A stretch of 64,000 nucleotides of DNA from an uncultured delta proteobacterium (GCA_963796055.1 CAWCKH010000004.1:3008001-3072000); one strand, 5' to 3'; numbered from the stretch's first letter, positions 26,918 through 36,948 are shown. Program-made: numbers and translations. Notes: generated by a model from the letters alone, not told the origin.

Positions 26918-29416
26918 GTGCTCGGTTTCAGCCTCTTCCAGGCCGCCGTGCTCGGCAGCGCGGTGGGCGCGATCGTCAGCGCGCGGGTTCCACCGACTTC
27001 CGGCTTCCGGGACGAGGAGCCCCCCCGGCGATTCCGGTTCCGCACCCTCATCGGCACTCCCATCGACGCGCTGGAGCGCTCCCTGCTCGACTGGCGGCTG
27101 CATGAGCTGGGGAGACAGAGCGAGCCGGCGCGCGACGTGGTGCTGGTGGGGGTGGACGACGAGACGCTGGCCAACGCCCGCGAGAACACGCACCCGGACC
27201 TGAGCGTCTGGCCCTGGCCGCGGGCGCTGCTGGGAGGGCTCGTCGGTCAGCTCGGGCGCGAGGGCGCATCCCCGGTGTTGCTCGACTGGGCGCTGGACAG
27301 GGGCAGCCCGCGGGCCGGAGGGGAGCTCTCCGACGACGAGCAGTTCCGCCGCGCGCTCGATGCGACGCCGGCCACGGTGCTCGGCTTCTCGCTGTCGGCC
27401 GCGCCTCCGCCGGCGGTCATCCGCCCGCTCCGGCCGTCGCTGGTGTTGCTGGGCACCCAGGAGAGCGACGGGCCGGCGGTGAACGAGCTGATCCGGCGGG
27501 TGCTGGCCAGCCACGCGCCGGCCTTCGCCGTGCCCGACGGGAACCGGGTGCGGGTCTGGGCCGGGGTGAGCACGGAGGAGGAGGGGCGGCAGCTGGCGCG
27601 GCGCCTCGGGGTCGGAGGGACGGCGCTGGTCCGCGACTACGGCGCGGCGGATCGGGCGTTCCAGGTCACTCCGGAGGACCTCCTGGTGCGCCTTGCGGCG
27701 GTGGAGGTTCAAGGGCTCGAGCTGGAGGACTTGCCACTGGCGCGGTCGCTCGACGTGCCGGCCCCGGTGCTGCTGGGCGCGCGCAGCAGGTACGGGCACA
27801 CCGCGCTGGCCGTCGATCAGGACGGGAAAGTGCGCGGCATCCAGCACCTCGTGCGCTGGGTGTCGCCGCAGGGCCGGGTGAGCGTGCTCCCCTCACTGGC
27901 GCTGGCCGGGGCGCTGGCCCGGGCGAACAGCCGGCAGGTGGTGTGGAGCGGGGGGCGGCTGCTGGTGGTGGGCGGAAAGGGCGTGCCGGCGGACCGGACC
28001 GGCTACGCGCTGCTCCGCTGGGATGCGGCGGAGGGGGGACGCGACGGCCGGGGCTCGCTGGAGCGAGCCATCTCCGGGTGGCGCTTCCTCCAGAACCACT
28101 TCGATGCCCAGGAGGGAGTGCCCGCGCACGCCCGCAACGATGTGCAGCGCCGGGCGGTGGTGCTGGCGGAGACGTTCCGCACCGCGGGGGCGTGGCCCTC
28201 CACGCCGCTGGGGGACGGCGTCTCGCACGCCGCCGTGGTGGGGCAGTCGCTGGAGAACTGGATCGACGGGGTGGGCATCACCCGGGCCCCGGTGCGGACC
28301 GATGTCCTCGCCACCTTCGCCCTGGCGTTCGCCGGCGGCTTCGTGGCGCTCGGGTTCAGCGGGCTGTTCCGCTCGGCCATCGGCGCGCTCCTCTACGTGC
28401 TGGCGGCGGCGGCGGTGGTGGTGGGCTGGCTCTTCTGGGTCCGGCGGCTGATGGTGGTGGACGGGGTGTGGCTGGCGGCCGGTGGGCCGCTCGTCGCCTT
28501 CGGGCTCGCCTGGCTCATCACCGGCCGGTACGCGCTGCGGACCGAGCGGCAGATGCGCGACTTCGTCTACGGGGCGCTGGGGCGCTACGTGAGCCCGGAC
28601 ATCGCCGATCAGGTGTTCCGGAACGTGGCCCTGATGCGGCCGCAGCGGCGCGAGGTGACGCTGTGCTTCGCGGATGTGGACGGGTTCCGCCGCCTCCACC
28701 AGCTGCTCCCCCCGGAGGTGCTGGTCGACCTGCTCAACACCTACTTCGGTGAGCTCACCCACCTCGTGCGGCAGACCGGCGGCCACGTCGAGTACGTGGG
28801 CGATGCGCTCATCGCGTTCTGGGGTGCGCCGGTGCGCCTGGACCGGCACGGCCCGGTGGCCTGCCGGACGGCGCTGGCCATCCGCTCCGAGCTGGTCCGG
28901 CTCCGCCCCGAGTGGCAGCGGCGCTTCGGGGTGGAGGTGCACGCCCGGATGGCGATCCACTCGGGCGAGGTGGTCGCCGGCGACATGGGCAGTGCGCTGA
29001 AGTCGAACTACACCGTGCTGGGCGACCCGGTGACGACCGCGGAGCGGCTGGAGCGGGCCAACCGGCTCTACGGGACGGAGCTGCTGGTCTCCGGCGAGAC
29101 GCGGCGCCTGGCTGGGGAGGAGTTCGTGTTCCGCGAGCTGGACGTGGTGACCGTGGGCGCCGGGTCGCAGACGCTCTACGAGCTGCTGTGCCGCCGCGGT
29201 GAGGTGCCCTCCGCGCTGGTCCCCATCCTCCAGGGCTGGCCGGAGGCGCTGGCCCGGGTGCGCCGGCGCGACTTCGGCGGCGCCCTGGCGTTCTTCGCGC
29301 AGCACGCGGCCGTCGATCCGGTCTCGGCGCGCTGGGCCGAGCGGGTACGCGGGTATCTGGCGCACCCGCCGCCCCCGGACTGGGATGGGCGGGGGGACCT
29401 CCGGCGGGGAGCCTGA
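26918..29416 (+). CDS. Second CHASE2-domain class III nucleotide cyclase with atypical active-site residues
   Basis: CHASE2 (VGVDDETL..WPWPRA), 3 TMs, FADVDGF, HVEYVGD and NYTVLGDPVTTAERLE. Start uncertain (frame open back to 26858). Confidence 0.88.
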   Translation: MLGFSLFQAAVLGSAVGAIVSARVPPTSGFRDEEPPRRFRFRTLIGTPIDALERSLLDWRLHELGRQSEPARDVVLVGVDDETLANARENTHPDLSVWPWPRALLGGLVGQLGREGASPVLLDWALDRGSPRAGGELSDDEQFRRALDATPATVLGFSLSAAPPPAVIRPLRPSLVLLGTQESDGPAVNELIRRVLASHAPAFAVPDGNRVRVWAGVSTEEEGRQLARRLGVGGTALVRDYGAADRAFQVTPEDLLVRLAAVEVQGLELEDLPLARSLDVPAPVLLGARSRYGHTALAVDQDGKVRGIQHLVRWVSPQGRVSVLPSLALAGALARANSRQVVWSGGRLLVVGGKGVPADRTGYALLRWDAAEGGRDGRGSLERAISGWRFLQNHFDAQEGVPAHARNDVQRRAVVLAETFRTAGAWPSTPLGDGVSHAAVVGQSLENWIDGVGITRAPVRTDVLATFALAFAGGFVALGFSGLFRSAIGALLYVLAAAAVVVGWLFWVRRLMVVDGVWLAAGGPLVAFGLAWLITGRYALRTERQMRDFVYGALGRYVSPDIADQVFRNVALMRPQRREVTLCFADVDGFRRLHQLLPPEVLVDLLNTYFGELTHLVRQTGGHVEYVGDALIAFWGAPVRLDRHGPVACRTALAIRSELVRLRPEWQRRFGVEVHARMAIHSGEVVAGDMGSALKSNYTVLGDPVTTAERLERANRLYGTELLVSGETRRLAGEEFVFRELDVVTVGAGSQTLYELLCRRGEVPSALVPILQGWPEALARVRRRDFGGALAFFAQHAAVDPVSARWAERVRGYLAHPPPPDWDGRGDLRRGA

Positions 29417-29420
29417 GCGC

Positions 29421-29525
29421 GTCGGGGTGCACGAGGGACTCCCGCCGGGGCTGTCGGTCGCCGACAACGAGCTCGGGTGGCGGATGTCGCTGGGCAAGCT
29501 CGCGGCGCTGGTCGAGAGCAACTGA
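29421..29525 (+). pseudogene. C-terminal remnant of an SRPBCC/AHSA1-like gene
   Basis: VGVHEGLPPGLSVADNELGWRMSLGKLAALVE-stop with no start or N-terminus. Confidence 0.65.
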
Positions 29526-29532
29526 AGCGCGC

Positions 29533-30394
29533 TCAGGGCTGAGCCTGGCTCGTTGCTGTCCCGCCGGTGCCGGTCCTGGGCGGCTCGAGGACGATGTGCA
29601 CCGCGCCGTTCACCGCGAGCTCAGGTGAGTTGGGGAGCCGCCGCGGCGGGGCGTCGCTCGCGGGCGAGGTGCGGATTCTGGTTCGCCGTCACCCCTTCGG
29701 CCACCAGGAAGTCCCGGACGCGCTCGGCGCGCTTGCCGGAGAGCGCGAGCGCCGCCTTGCGAGAGCCACGGCTCGGTGGACGGGCCTCGACCCGCGCGGT
29801 GCGGCTGGCGCTCTTGAGGTACTCCGCCACCTGGCTGAGCCGGTCGCGCCCTCCGGGGAGAAGATCGGCGCGCCCGCGGTCGAACAGCTGTCCTCCGGGG
29901 AGGGTGATGACCGTCCCCTGGGGAAGGTCGCGAATCTCCGCCTTCTGCGCGAGCACCGCCCTGCTCTGGGCGAGGCGGGCCTCGGCGGCGTCGTGGGCGG
30001 CCTTCTCCTTCTCCAGCTCGACCTGGGTCAGCATCAGCTTCTGCTGTGCCTCGTCGAGGAGCTGCTGCTTGGTGATCCGGACGGCCTGCAGCGTCCGGTC
30101 GCGCTCGGCGGCGAGCTCGTGCGTCCGGCCCAGTGCTTCGGCGGCCTGGATCTTCAGCATCGCGACCACTGCCCGGTCGTCGACCACCTTGGGCTCGCCC
30201 GTCTCGAGGCCCTTCTCGGCGAGGTCCAGCCATTTCTTTGCCGTGGCGAGGTCGGCCGGGCTCGCCTCGGCCGCCGGTCCGTCGAGAGCCTTCTGGTAGG
30301 CCGCACGCGCCTCGTCGAGCCGGTCGGTCCGCTGGAGGTGGACGCATCCGGCGGAGAGCGCCGTCGCCAGGGCGAGCGGGGTGGCGATCCTCAC
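29533..30394 (-). pseudogene. DUF4398 + OmpA-like lipoprotein carrying a 1-bp frameshift near 29680 (pseudogene or sequence error)
   Basis: Lipobox LSAGC; GTVITLPGGQLFDRGRADL; LSGKRAERVRDFL. Removing one base at 29680/29681 restores NRIRT...NSPELAVNGAVHIVL to a stop at 29533. Confidence 0.75.
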
Positions 30395-30762
30395 TGGGAG
30401 CCTCCCGCCTCGGCGGGGCCGCCGCCCTTGCGGAGCGCATCGAGCTGCGCGTGGGCCTGCTCCGCCTCGGACCGGGCGAGCTGCTCGCGGGCCAGGGCGT
30501 TGGCCAGCTCGGCCTGGGCGCGGGCGATCTCCAGCTTGCGGGCCGCGGCCTCCGGGTCTTCCTTGTTCACTTCCTTGGCGGAGGCGATGGAGTCGCGGGC
30601 CTCCTGGAGGTGGAGCTTCGCCTGAGGCGCGCGCTCGGCGCCAATCTCCTGGGCTGCCCGGACCTCGGCCTCCGCCTGGGCGAGCCGCTCCGCCGGGAGC
30701 GGCGGTGCACCGGCACAGGCCCAGCCGAACGCCACCAGCGCTCCTGCTGTCCACCTTCGCAT
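30391..30762 (-). CDS. DUF4398-like lipoprotein
   Basis: FGWAC lipobox; VRAAQEIGA..APQAKLHLQEA...AQAELANALAR. Stop overlaps the next start (GTGA). Confidence 0.82.
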   Translation of the reverse strand: MRRWTAGALVAFGWACAGAPPLPAERLAQAEAEVRAAQEIGAERAPQAKLHLQEARDSIASAKEVNKEDPEAAARKLEIARAQAELANALAREQLARSEAEQAHAQLDALRKGGGPAEAGGSQ

Positions 30763-30848
30763 GAAGCTTTCCTCCACCGCCGTTCGGCGAAGGTGAGCAC
30801 GCAGGGTTCGACGGGCAACGGCGCGGCCCGCGGCTTGCGCCACTCGCC

Positions 30849-31199
30849 TCAGTCCTCGCGGGGGCCTTTGAGCGCCTCGACGGGGTGGTCCTGCCCCACG
30901 TGCTCGACGAGGACGCGGCGGATGCCCTCGGGGGTCATCCGGCCGTAGTGCACCTCGTCCTCCCAGCCCATCAGCTGAAAGTCCTCCTGGCGGAATGGAT
31001 CCGAGGGACGAGGGCGCTCCTCGCGGACGACCACATTGGCCCCGAGGTGGCAGAGCCCGTAGCAGCCGCCGCGGGCGAGCGTGCACCGGCCGCGCAGCTC
31101 CAGCTCCTTCACCGCGTCCTGCGCCGCGGCGGCCACGCGCTCGGCGCCGTTGCGACGGCAGTCCGGCCCCTTGCAGATGGAGACGCGGTAGGTGGGCAC
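30849..31199 (-). CDS. Thioredoxin-like [2Fe-2S] ferredoxin
   Basis: ICKGPDC...GGCYGLC..GANVVV, VHYGRMTPE..RVLVEHV; GTG at 31199. Confidence 0.85.
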   Translation of the reverse strand: MPTYRVSICKGPDCRRNGAERVAAAAQDAVKELELRGRCTLARGGCYGLCHLGANVVVREERPRPSDPFRQEDFQLMGWEDEVHYGRMTPEGIRRVLVEHVGQDHPVEALKGPRED

Positions 31200-31212
31200 G
31201 GGGAAACCAGTC

Positions 31213-32484
31213 TTACGGCGTCGGGGCGGCGGGAGGAAGAGAGGCCCGTCCGGCCGTTTGCTCCTCGGTGGTGAGTCGCCGGTCCTCGCGGCGAACGAAG
31301 GGCCAGTAGACCGCGATGGCCAGGCCCAGGGTGACGAGCTGGAGCACGACGGCGCGCGGGTCACCGCCGGTGGTCAGCCAGGCCCCGACCGGCGCCGGCA
31401 AGGTCCAGAGCGTCTCGAGGTACGGGGGGTGGACCCAGCCGAGGCGGATGGCTCCCCAGGCGACCGAGGCCGAGAGCAAGGGGGCGAGGACGAAGGGGAC
31501 CGCGAGCCGCGGGTTCAAGACCACGGGCACGCCGAAGAGCAGCGGCTCGTTGATGTTGCAGAGCGCCGGGACGATGCCGGCGCGGCCCACGGCCCGGAGC
31601 TGCGTAGAGCGGCAGCGGAGCAGGAGGAGTCCCAGCGCCAGCGCCGTGCCCGAGCCGCCCTGCCAGACGAACCAGAGGAAGAAGTGGAGCGGGGCGACGT
31701 GCGGAGGGGCAGCGTGCGCGGCCACGGCTTCCATGTTGGCGACCAGCATCGCCTCCCAGACCGGACGCATCGCGGCAGTGAGCGCCGCGGGGTGGACGCC
31801 GAGGAACCACAGGACGCTGTCCAGCACGACCAGGGTGACCACGCCTCCGAACGAGTCCGCGGCGTGGATCAGTGGGGCGACCGCGCGCTCGAGCAGGGTG
31901 ATGAGGTCGAGGCCGGCGACGTGGACCGCGACGAACACGCCGCCCAGCACCAGTGCCGCGGGGACGAGCGCGACGAAGCTCCGGACGACGACCTCGGGGG
32001 GGCCGCCTGGCAGCCGCAGCGTCCAGCGCCGCGCGACGAGCGCCCGAGTGAGCTCGACGCTGGAGACGGCGAGGAGCAGCCCGGCGAAGATGCCGCCCGC
32101 GCCAAGCCGCGAGAGGAGCAGCGAGAGCGGCTGTCCCGGGGCCCCCGGCTGGAGCGCGGCGAGGACGTAGCCCGAAGCGGCGATGAGCCCGGCAGCGGTG
32201 GCGTCTAGCGCGTAGCTCCGGGCCAGCGCCTGCGCGGCGGCGAAGGTGACCCAGAGCGCGATGCAGCCGCCGAGGGCCCGGTAGGGAAGGAGGAGCTTCG
32301 CCGAGTACGGCGCGACCAGCTGCTGCAACGCGGGCCACGGCGGCTGGGCGAGGAGGAGGAACAGCGAGCCCACGAGGACCAGCGGCAGCGCGCTGACGAC
32401 GCCATCGCGCACCGCTATGAGGTGCCGCTGCCGGGCGAGCCGCTCCGCGGCTCGGGCAAGGTGCTCGCGACGCGTGCCAGCCAC
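31213..32484 (-). CDS. PTS lactose/cellobiose/chitobiose-family IIC permease (CelB/ChbC-like)
   Basis: HLIAVRDG, LWFLGVH, GGSGTALAL, NINEPLLFGVPVVLNP, WTLPAPVG and YWPFVR. Confidence 0.9.
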   Translation of the reverse strand: MAGTRREHLARAAERLARQRHLIAVRDGVVSALPLVLVGSLFLLLAQPPWPALQQLVAPYSAKLLLPYRALGGCIALWVTFAAAQALARSYALDATAAGLIAASGYVLAALQPGAPGQPLSLLLSRLGAGGIFAGLLLAVSSVELTRALVARRWTLRLPGGPPEVVVRSFVALVPAALVLGGVFVAVHVAGLDLITLLERAVAPLIHAADSFGGVVTLVVLDSVLWFLGVHPAALTAAMRPVWEAMLVANMEAVAAHAAPPHVAPLHFFLWFVWQGGSGTALALGLLLLRCRSTQLRAVGRAGIVPALCNINEPLLFGVPVVLNPRLAVPFVLAPLLSASVAWGAIRLGWVHPPYLETLWTLPAPVGAWLTTGGDPRAVVLQLVTLGLAIAVYWPFVRREDRRLTTEEQTAGRASLPPAAPTP

Positions 32485-33011
32485 GGCGCTGGAAGGAGCG
32501 GTGGTCAGACGCCGATCGTCCCCCGCGCCGGACTGCTGGGCAAGCGGACGTCCGGGAGTATCCCGCGCTCCACCTGGTGCTCGAGGCTCGCCCAGGTGCG
32601 GCGAACCCCCGCTTGACTAGGTAAGGGTTCCCGAGCGAGGCGATGTGCGAGCGAGAGGGAGAGCGCTGATGCCTTCCTGGGGCCGATCTCATCTCCGTCC
32701 CCGGCCAGGGCCGTCCGTCGAAGCCGACGGCCAGGCCTGTCAGTGGCTGCTCTTCCCAATCGAGCCGGCGCCGTGCGCTGCGTTCGGGACGAGCAGGAAG
32801 GGCTGATCCGGGGTCCTGGGGAGAGGCCGTTCAGCGGCTCCGGCCCGCCGACCGTCATCGGCTCCGAACGGTCGGGGCTCAGCCCCGCGGGGAGGGACGC
32901 TGCACGGACCCATCAGCATCGTGGATGGCGCAGGCCTTGCGCCCGCTCCAAAGGACGTAGACCCCAGGTATTCCAGTAGCTTGCACGAGCCAGGAGCTGG
33001 CCAATCAGCAC

Positions 33012-33040
33012 TCGACTTTGAGAATCAGTCTCAATATAAA
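33012..33040 (+). promoter_or_regulatory. feoAB promoter with a Fur-type box
   Basis: TCGACT(33012)-N17-TATAAA(33035). The 17-nt spacer is TTGAGAATCAGTCTCAA, a 7-1-7-type inverted repeat with one mismatch. Confidence 0.75.
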
Positions 33041-33046
33041 GGGGCC

Positions 33047-33301
33047 ATGAGGAACCTCGCGCAGCTCCCGCCCGGCGCCCGTGCGCGCATCGACGGCTTC
33101 GGGTCGGCGCTCCGCCCGGAGGTGGGGCGGCGGCTGCGCGAGCTGGGCTTCGTGGACGGCAACGTGGTGCGCTGCGTGCGCCGGGCGCCGTTCGGCGGCC
33201 CGCGGGTCTACGCGGTGTCCGGGGCCGCCTTCGCGCTGGAGATGGACGTCGCGGCCCAGGTGAGGCTCGGCCCGGCGGACGGCGATGACGGCGGGCGCTG
33301 A
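33047..33301 (+). CDS. feoA: Ferrous iron transport protein A
   Basis: LAQLPPG, RRLRELGF..G..V..VRRAPFGGP and FAL motifs. Confidence 0.9.
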   Translation: MRNLAQLPPGARARIDGFGSALRPEVGRRLRELGFVDGNVVRCVRRAPFGGPRVYAVSGAAFALEMDVAAQVRLGPADGDDGGR

Positions 33302-35144
33302 GCGCGCCGACGTCCTCCTCGTCGGCAATCCGAACTCCGGCAAGAGCCTCCTCTTCACCCGGCTCACCGGCCTCGCCCAGAAAGTCGCCAACTATCCGGG
33401 CGTGACCACCGAGGTCCGCTCCGGCCACGCCGGCGGTCTGGTCATTCACGACTACCCGGGCATCTACTCCCTCGAGCCGCTCACCCTCGACGAGCGGGTG
33501 GCCATCGAGCGGCTGGAGAAGGCGCTCGCCGATCCCGGCACCAAGGCCATCGTCTGCGTGCTCGACGCCACCCGGCTCGAGCGCAGCCTCTACCTCCTCC
33601 TCGAGCTGCTGCCACGGGCGGGCGCCGTTCACGTCCCGGTCATCGCCGCGGTCAACATCATCGACGAGCTGGTCGGCCCGAGCGCCCGGCTGGACCTCGC
33701 CGGCCTGAGCGCGTCCCTGGGCTGCCACTTCATCGGCGTCTCGGCCAAGACCGGCCAGGGGCTCGAGGCGCTGCGAGCCACGCTCCACCACCTGGACCGC
33801 GAGGCGCCCTGGGACGAGCGGTGCGTCGACCCGGGGTCGATCGAGGACCGGAAGGGCATCGCCCGCCGGCTCACCCGCGCCTATGGCCCGCGAGACGACG
33901 TGCTGCTCAGGTCGCAGGAGCGGCTCGACCGGCTCTTTCTCTCCACCTGGCTCGGGCTTCCGGTCTTCGCGGTGGTGATGGCGGTGCTCTTCCAGGCCAT
34001 CTTCACCTGGGCGGCGCCGCTGATGTCCCTGGTCAAGGACGGAATCGCCGCCGCGGGGGCGTTCGTCGGCGGCCTGCTCCCGGCCGGCATCGCGCACGAC
34101 TTCGTCCAGGACGCGCTGTTCGCCGGCATCGGCGCCTTCCTCACCTTCGTTCCGCAGATCTTCATCCTCTTCCTGGTCATCGGCGCCCTGGAGGACTCGG
34201 GCTACCTCGCCCGCGCCGCGGTCATGCTCCACCGTCCGCTGGGATGGTTCGGGCTCTCGGGGCGGAGCTTCCTCCCGCTCCTCTCGGGACACGCCTGCGC
34301 CATCCCGGCGATGATGGCCGCGAGGACCATCGAGTCGCCACGCCGGCGGCTGATCACCGTGATGGTGATTCCCTTCACCTCCTGCTCGGCGCGCCTGCCC
34401 ATCTACGCGCTCCTGATCGGCGGCTTCGTGCCCGCCCGCACCCTGGTCGCCGGTCTGCTCGGGCTGCAGGGCGTGGTCTTCGCCGGGGTCTACGCGTTCG
34501 GCATCCTGAACGCGCTCCTCGCTGCGGCGGTGCTGGACCGTCTCACGCGGAAGAGGCTCGGCGGCCGGCTGGCGGACGCACCTTTCGTCGTCGAGCTTCC
34601 CCCGTACCGCGTGCCGAGCGTCAAGCCCATCGTCGTCGCCGCGGCCTCCCGGTCGTGGAGCTTCGTCCGCCGGGCGGCGCCGATCATCTTCACCGTGGTG
34701 CTGATCATCTGGTTCTTCGGCTACTTCCCCAAGGGCGCCGGGCACCTCGATGAGTCGTGGCTGGCGGGGCTCGGTCGGCTGTTCGAGCCGGTGTTCCGGC
34801 CCATGGGCGCGGACTGGAAGTCGGGCGTGGGGATCCTGACCTCCTTCGTGGCCCGGGAGACCTTCGTGGGGACGATGGGCACCCTGAACGGCCTCGAGGA
34901 CGCCGGCACGCACCTGGGCCAGCTCTCGACCCAGCTCCAGCTCGGAGGCATGGGTCTGGCGGCCGCGCTGGCGCTGCTGGTGTTCTACGCCCTGTCGCTC
35001 CAGTGCGCCTCGACCCTGGCGGTGATGCGCAAGGAGACCGGGAGCTCCCGGGCGCCGGTGTTCGCCTTCGTCTCCATGACCGCGCTCGCCTACCTGGGCG
35101 CGGTGGTGACCTTCCATCTCGCCCGGGCCCTCGGCGCCGCCTGA
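33285..35144 (+). CDS. feoB: Ferrous iron transport protein B
   Basis: GNPNSGKS, NYPGVT, DYPGIYSL, LEDSGYLARAA, SCSARLPIY and QCASTLA. Confidence 0.95.
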   Translation: MTAGAERADVLLVGNPNSGKSLLFTRLTGLAQKVANYPGVTTEVRSGHAGGLVIHDYPGIYSLEPLTLDERVAIERLEKALADPGTKAIVCVLDATRLERSLYLLLELLPRAGAVHVPVIAAVNIIDELVGPSARLDLAGLSASLGCHFIGVSAKTGQGLEALRATLHHLDREAPWDERCVDPGSIEDRKGIARRLTRAYGPRDDVLLRSQERLDRLFLSTWLGLPVFAVVMAVLFQAIFTWAAPLMSLVKDGIAAAGAFVGGLLPAGIAHDFVQDALFAGIGAFLTFVPQIFILFLVIGALEDSGYLARAAVMLHRPLGWFGLSGRSFLPLLSGHACAIPAMMAARTIESPRRRLITVMVIPFTSCSARLPIYALLIGGFVPARTLVAGLLGLQGVVFAGVYAFGILNALLAAAVLDRLTRKRLGGRLADAPFVVELPPYRVPSVKPIVVAAASRSWSFVRRAAPIIFTVVLIIWFFGYFPKGAGHLDESWLAGLGRLFEPVFRPMGADWKSGVGILTSFVARETFVGTMGTLNGLEDAGTHLGQLSTQLQLGGMGLAAALALLVFYALSLQCASTLAVMRKETGSSRAPVFAFVSMTALAYLGAVVTFHLARALGAA

Positions 35145-35221
35145 GCTTGTGTGGACGGTCCCGAAGTGTCAGGTTGACGTACCGGCCGAGCGATCCCCGC
35201 CGCCGCCCAAGGCTGGCCACG

Positions 35222-35602
35222 ATGACGCGTTCGTCCTTCCCGCTGATCTACCAGGGCCTGCTCTGCGCCCGTCATCGCTGCACGGACCGCCTGGTGGACA
35301 CCCACGAGTGCGTGGATTGCGTCGGCCCGGCGCGGCTGCGGGAGATGGAGGAGCGGTCCGAGCGGGAAGAGCTCCAGCGGCGGGTGCACCGGGTCCTTCA
35401 CGAGATGAGCGACGGCGGAAAGACCACCCTCCAGCTCGTCCACACCACCGGGCTCTCCACCACCCAGCTCCGGCCGCTGCTGGAGCAGCTCGCCTCCTCG
35501 GGGATGGTCCGGTTCGGCGAGGAACGTCTCGGCCATCACAGCCGGTGGCTCTGGTCGCTCCTTCGCCTCCCCCAGGCACAGCGCGGGGCACCGTGTCGCT
35601 GA
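35222..35602 (+). CDS. Hypothetical Cys/His-motif + winged-helix protein
   Basis: CARHRC...HECVDC followed by TTLQLVHTTGLSTTQLRPLLEQLASSGMV (wHTH-like). Confidence 0.6.
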   Translation: MTRSSFPLIYQGLLCARHRCTDRLVDTHECVDCVGPARLREMEERSEREELQRRVHRVLHEMSDGGKTTLQLVHTTGLSTTQLRPLLEQLASSGMVRFGEERLGHHSRWLWSLLRLPQAQRGAPCR

Positions 35603-35847
35603 CCGCACTCGCGGTGGGCTCTGTGAGCAGCTTCGGACCGTGCCTCCACGATCGTCAACATCACCCCGGTGCGCTGGACCGGATGCTGCCCTGTGCCTGG
35701 CCGGACTGTGACCTCGGAGTGGGCGAGGAGAGACTCTCGGTCTCCAGGACCGGCCGCGCCGCCCCGCTCCTGCTCGAGAGGCGCTCGCTGGTGCTCGGTG
35801 GCGAGGAGCAGGTCTTCCTCTGGCACCCCTGCAGCCGCCAGGTGTAG
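35593..35847 (+). CDS. Small hypothetical Cys/His-rich protein
   Basis: GTG 35593 overlapping the previous gene; PCLHDRQHH...PCAWPDC...WHPC. Confidence 0.45.
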   Translation: MSLTALAVGSVSSFGPCLHDRQHHPGALDRMLPCAWPDCDLGVGEERLSVSRTGRAAPLLLERRSLVLGGEEQVFLWHPCSRQV

Positions 35848-35904
35848 CGCCACCGGGATCGTGCGGCGCTGCATCGACCTTCCCCGATGGTTAGGTCCGG
35901 GGCG

Positions 35905-36925
<1,021 letters not shown>

Positions 36926-36948
<23 letters not shown>

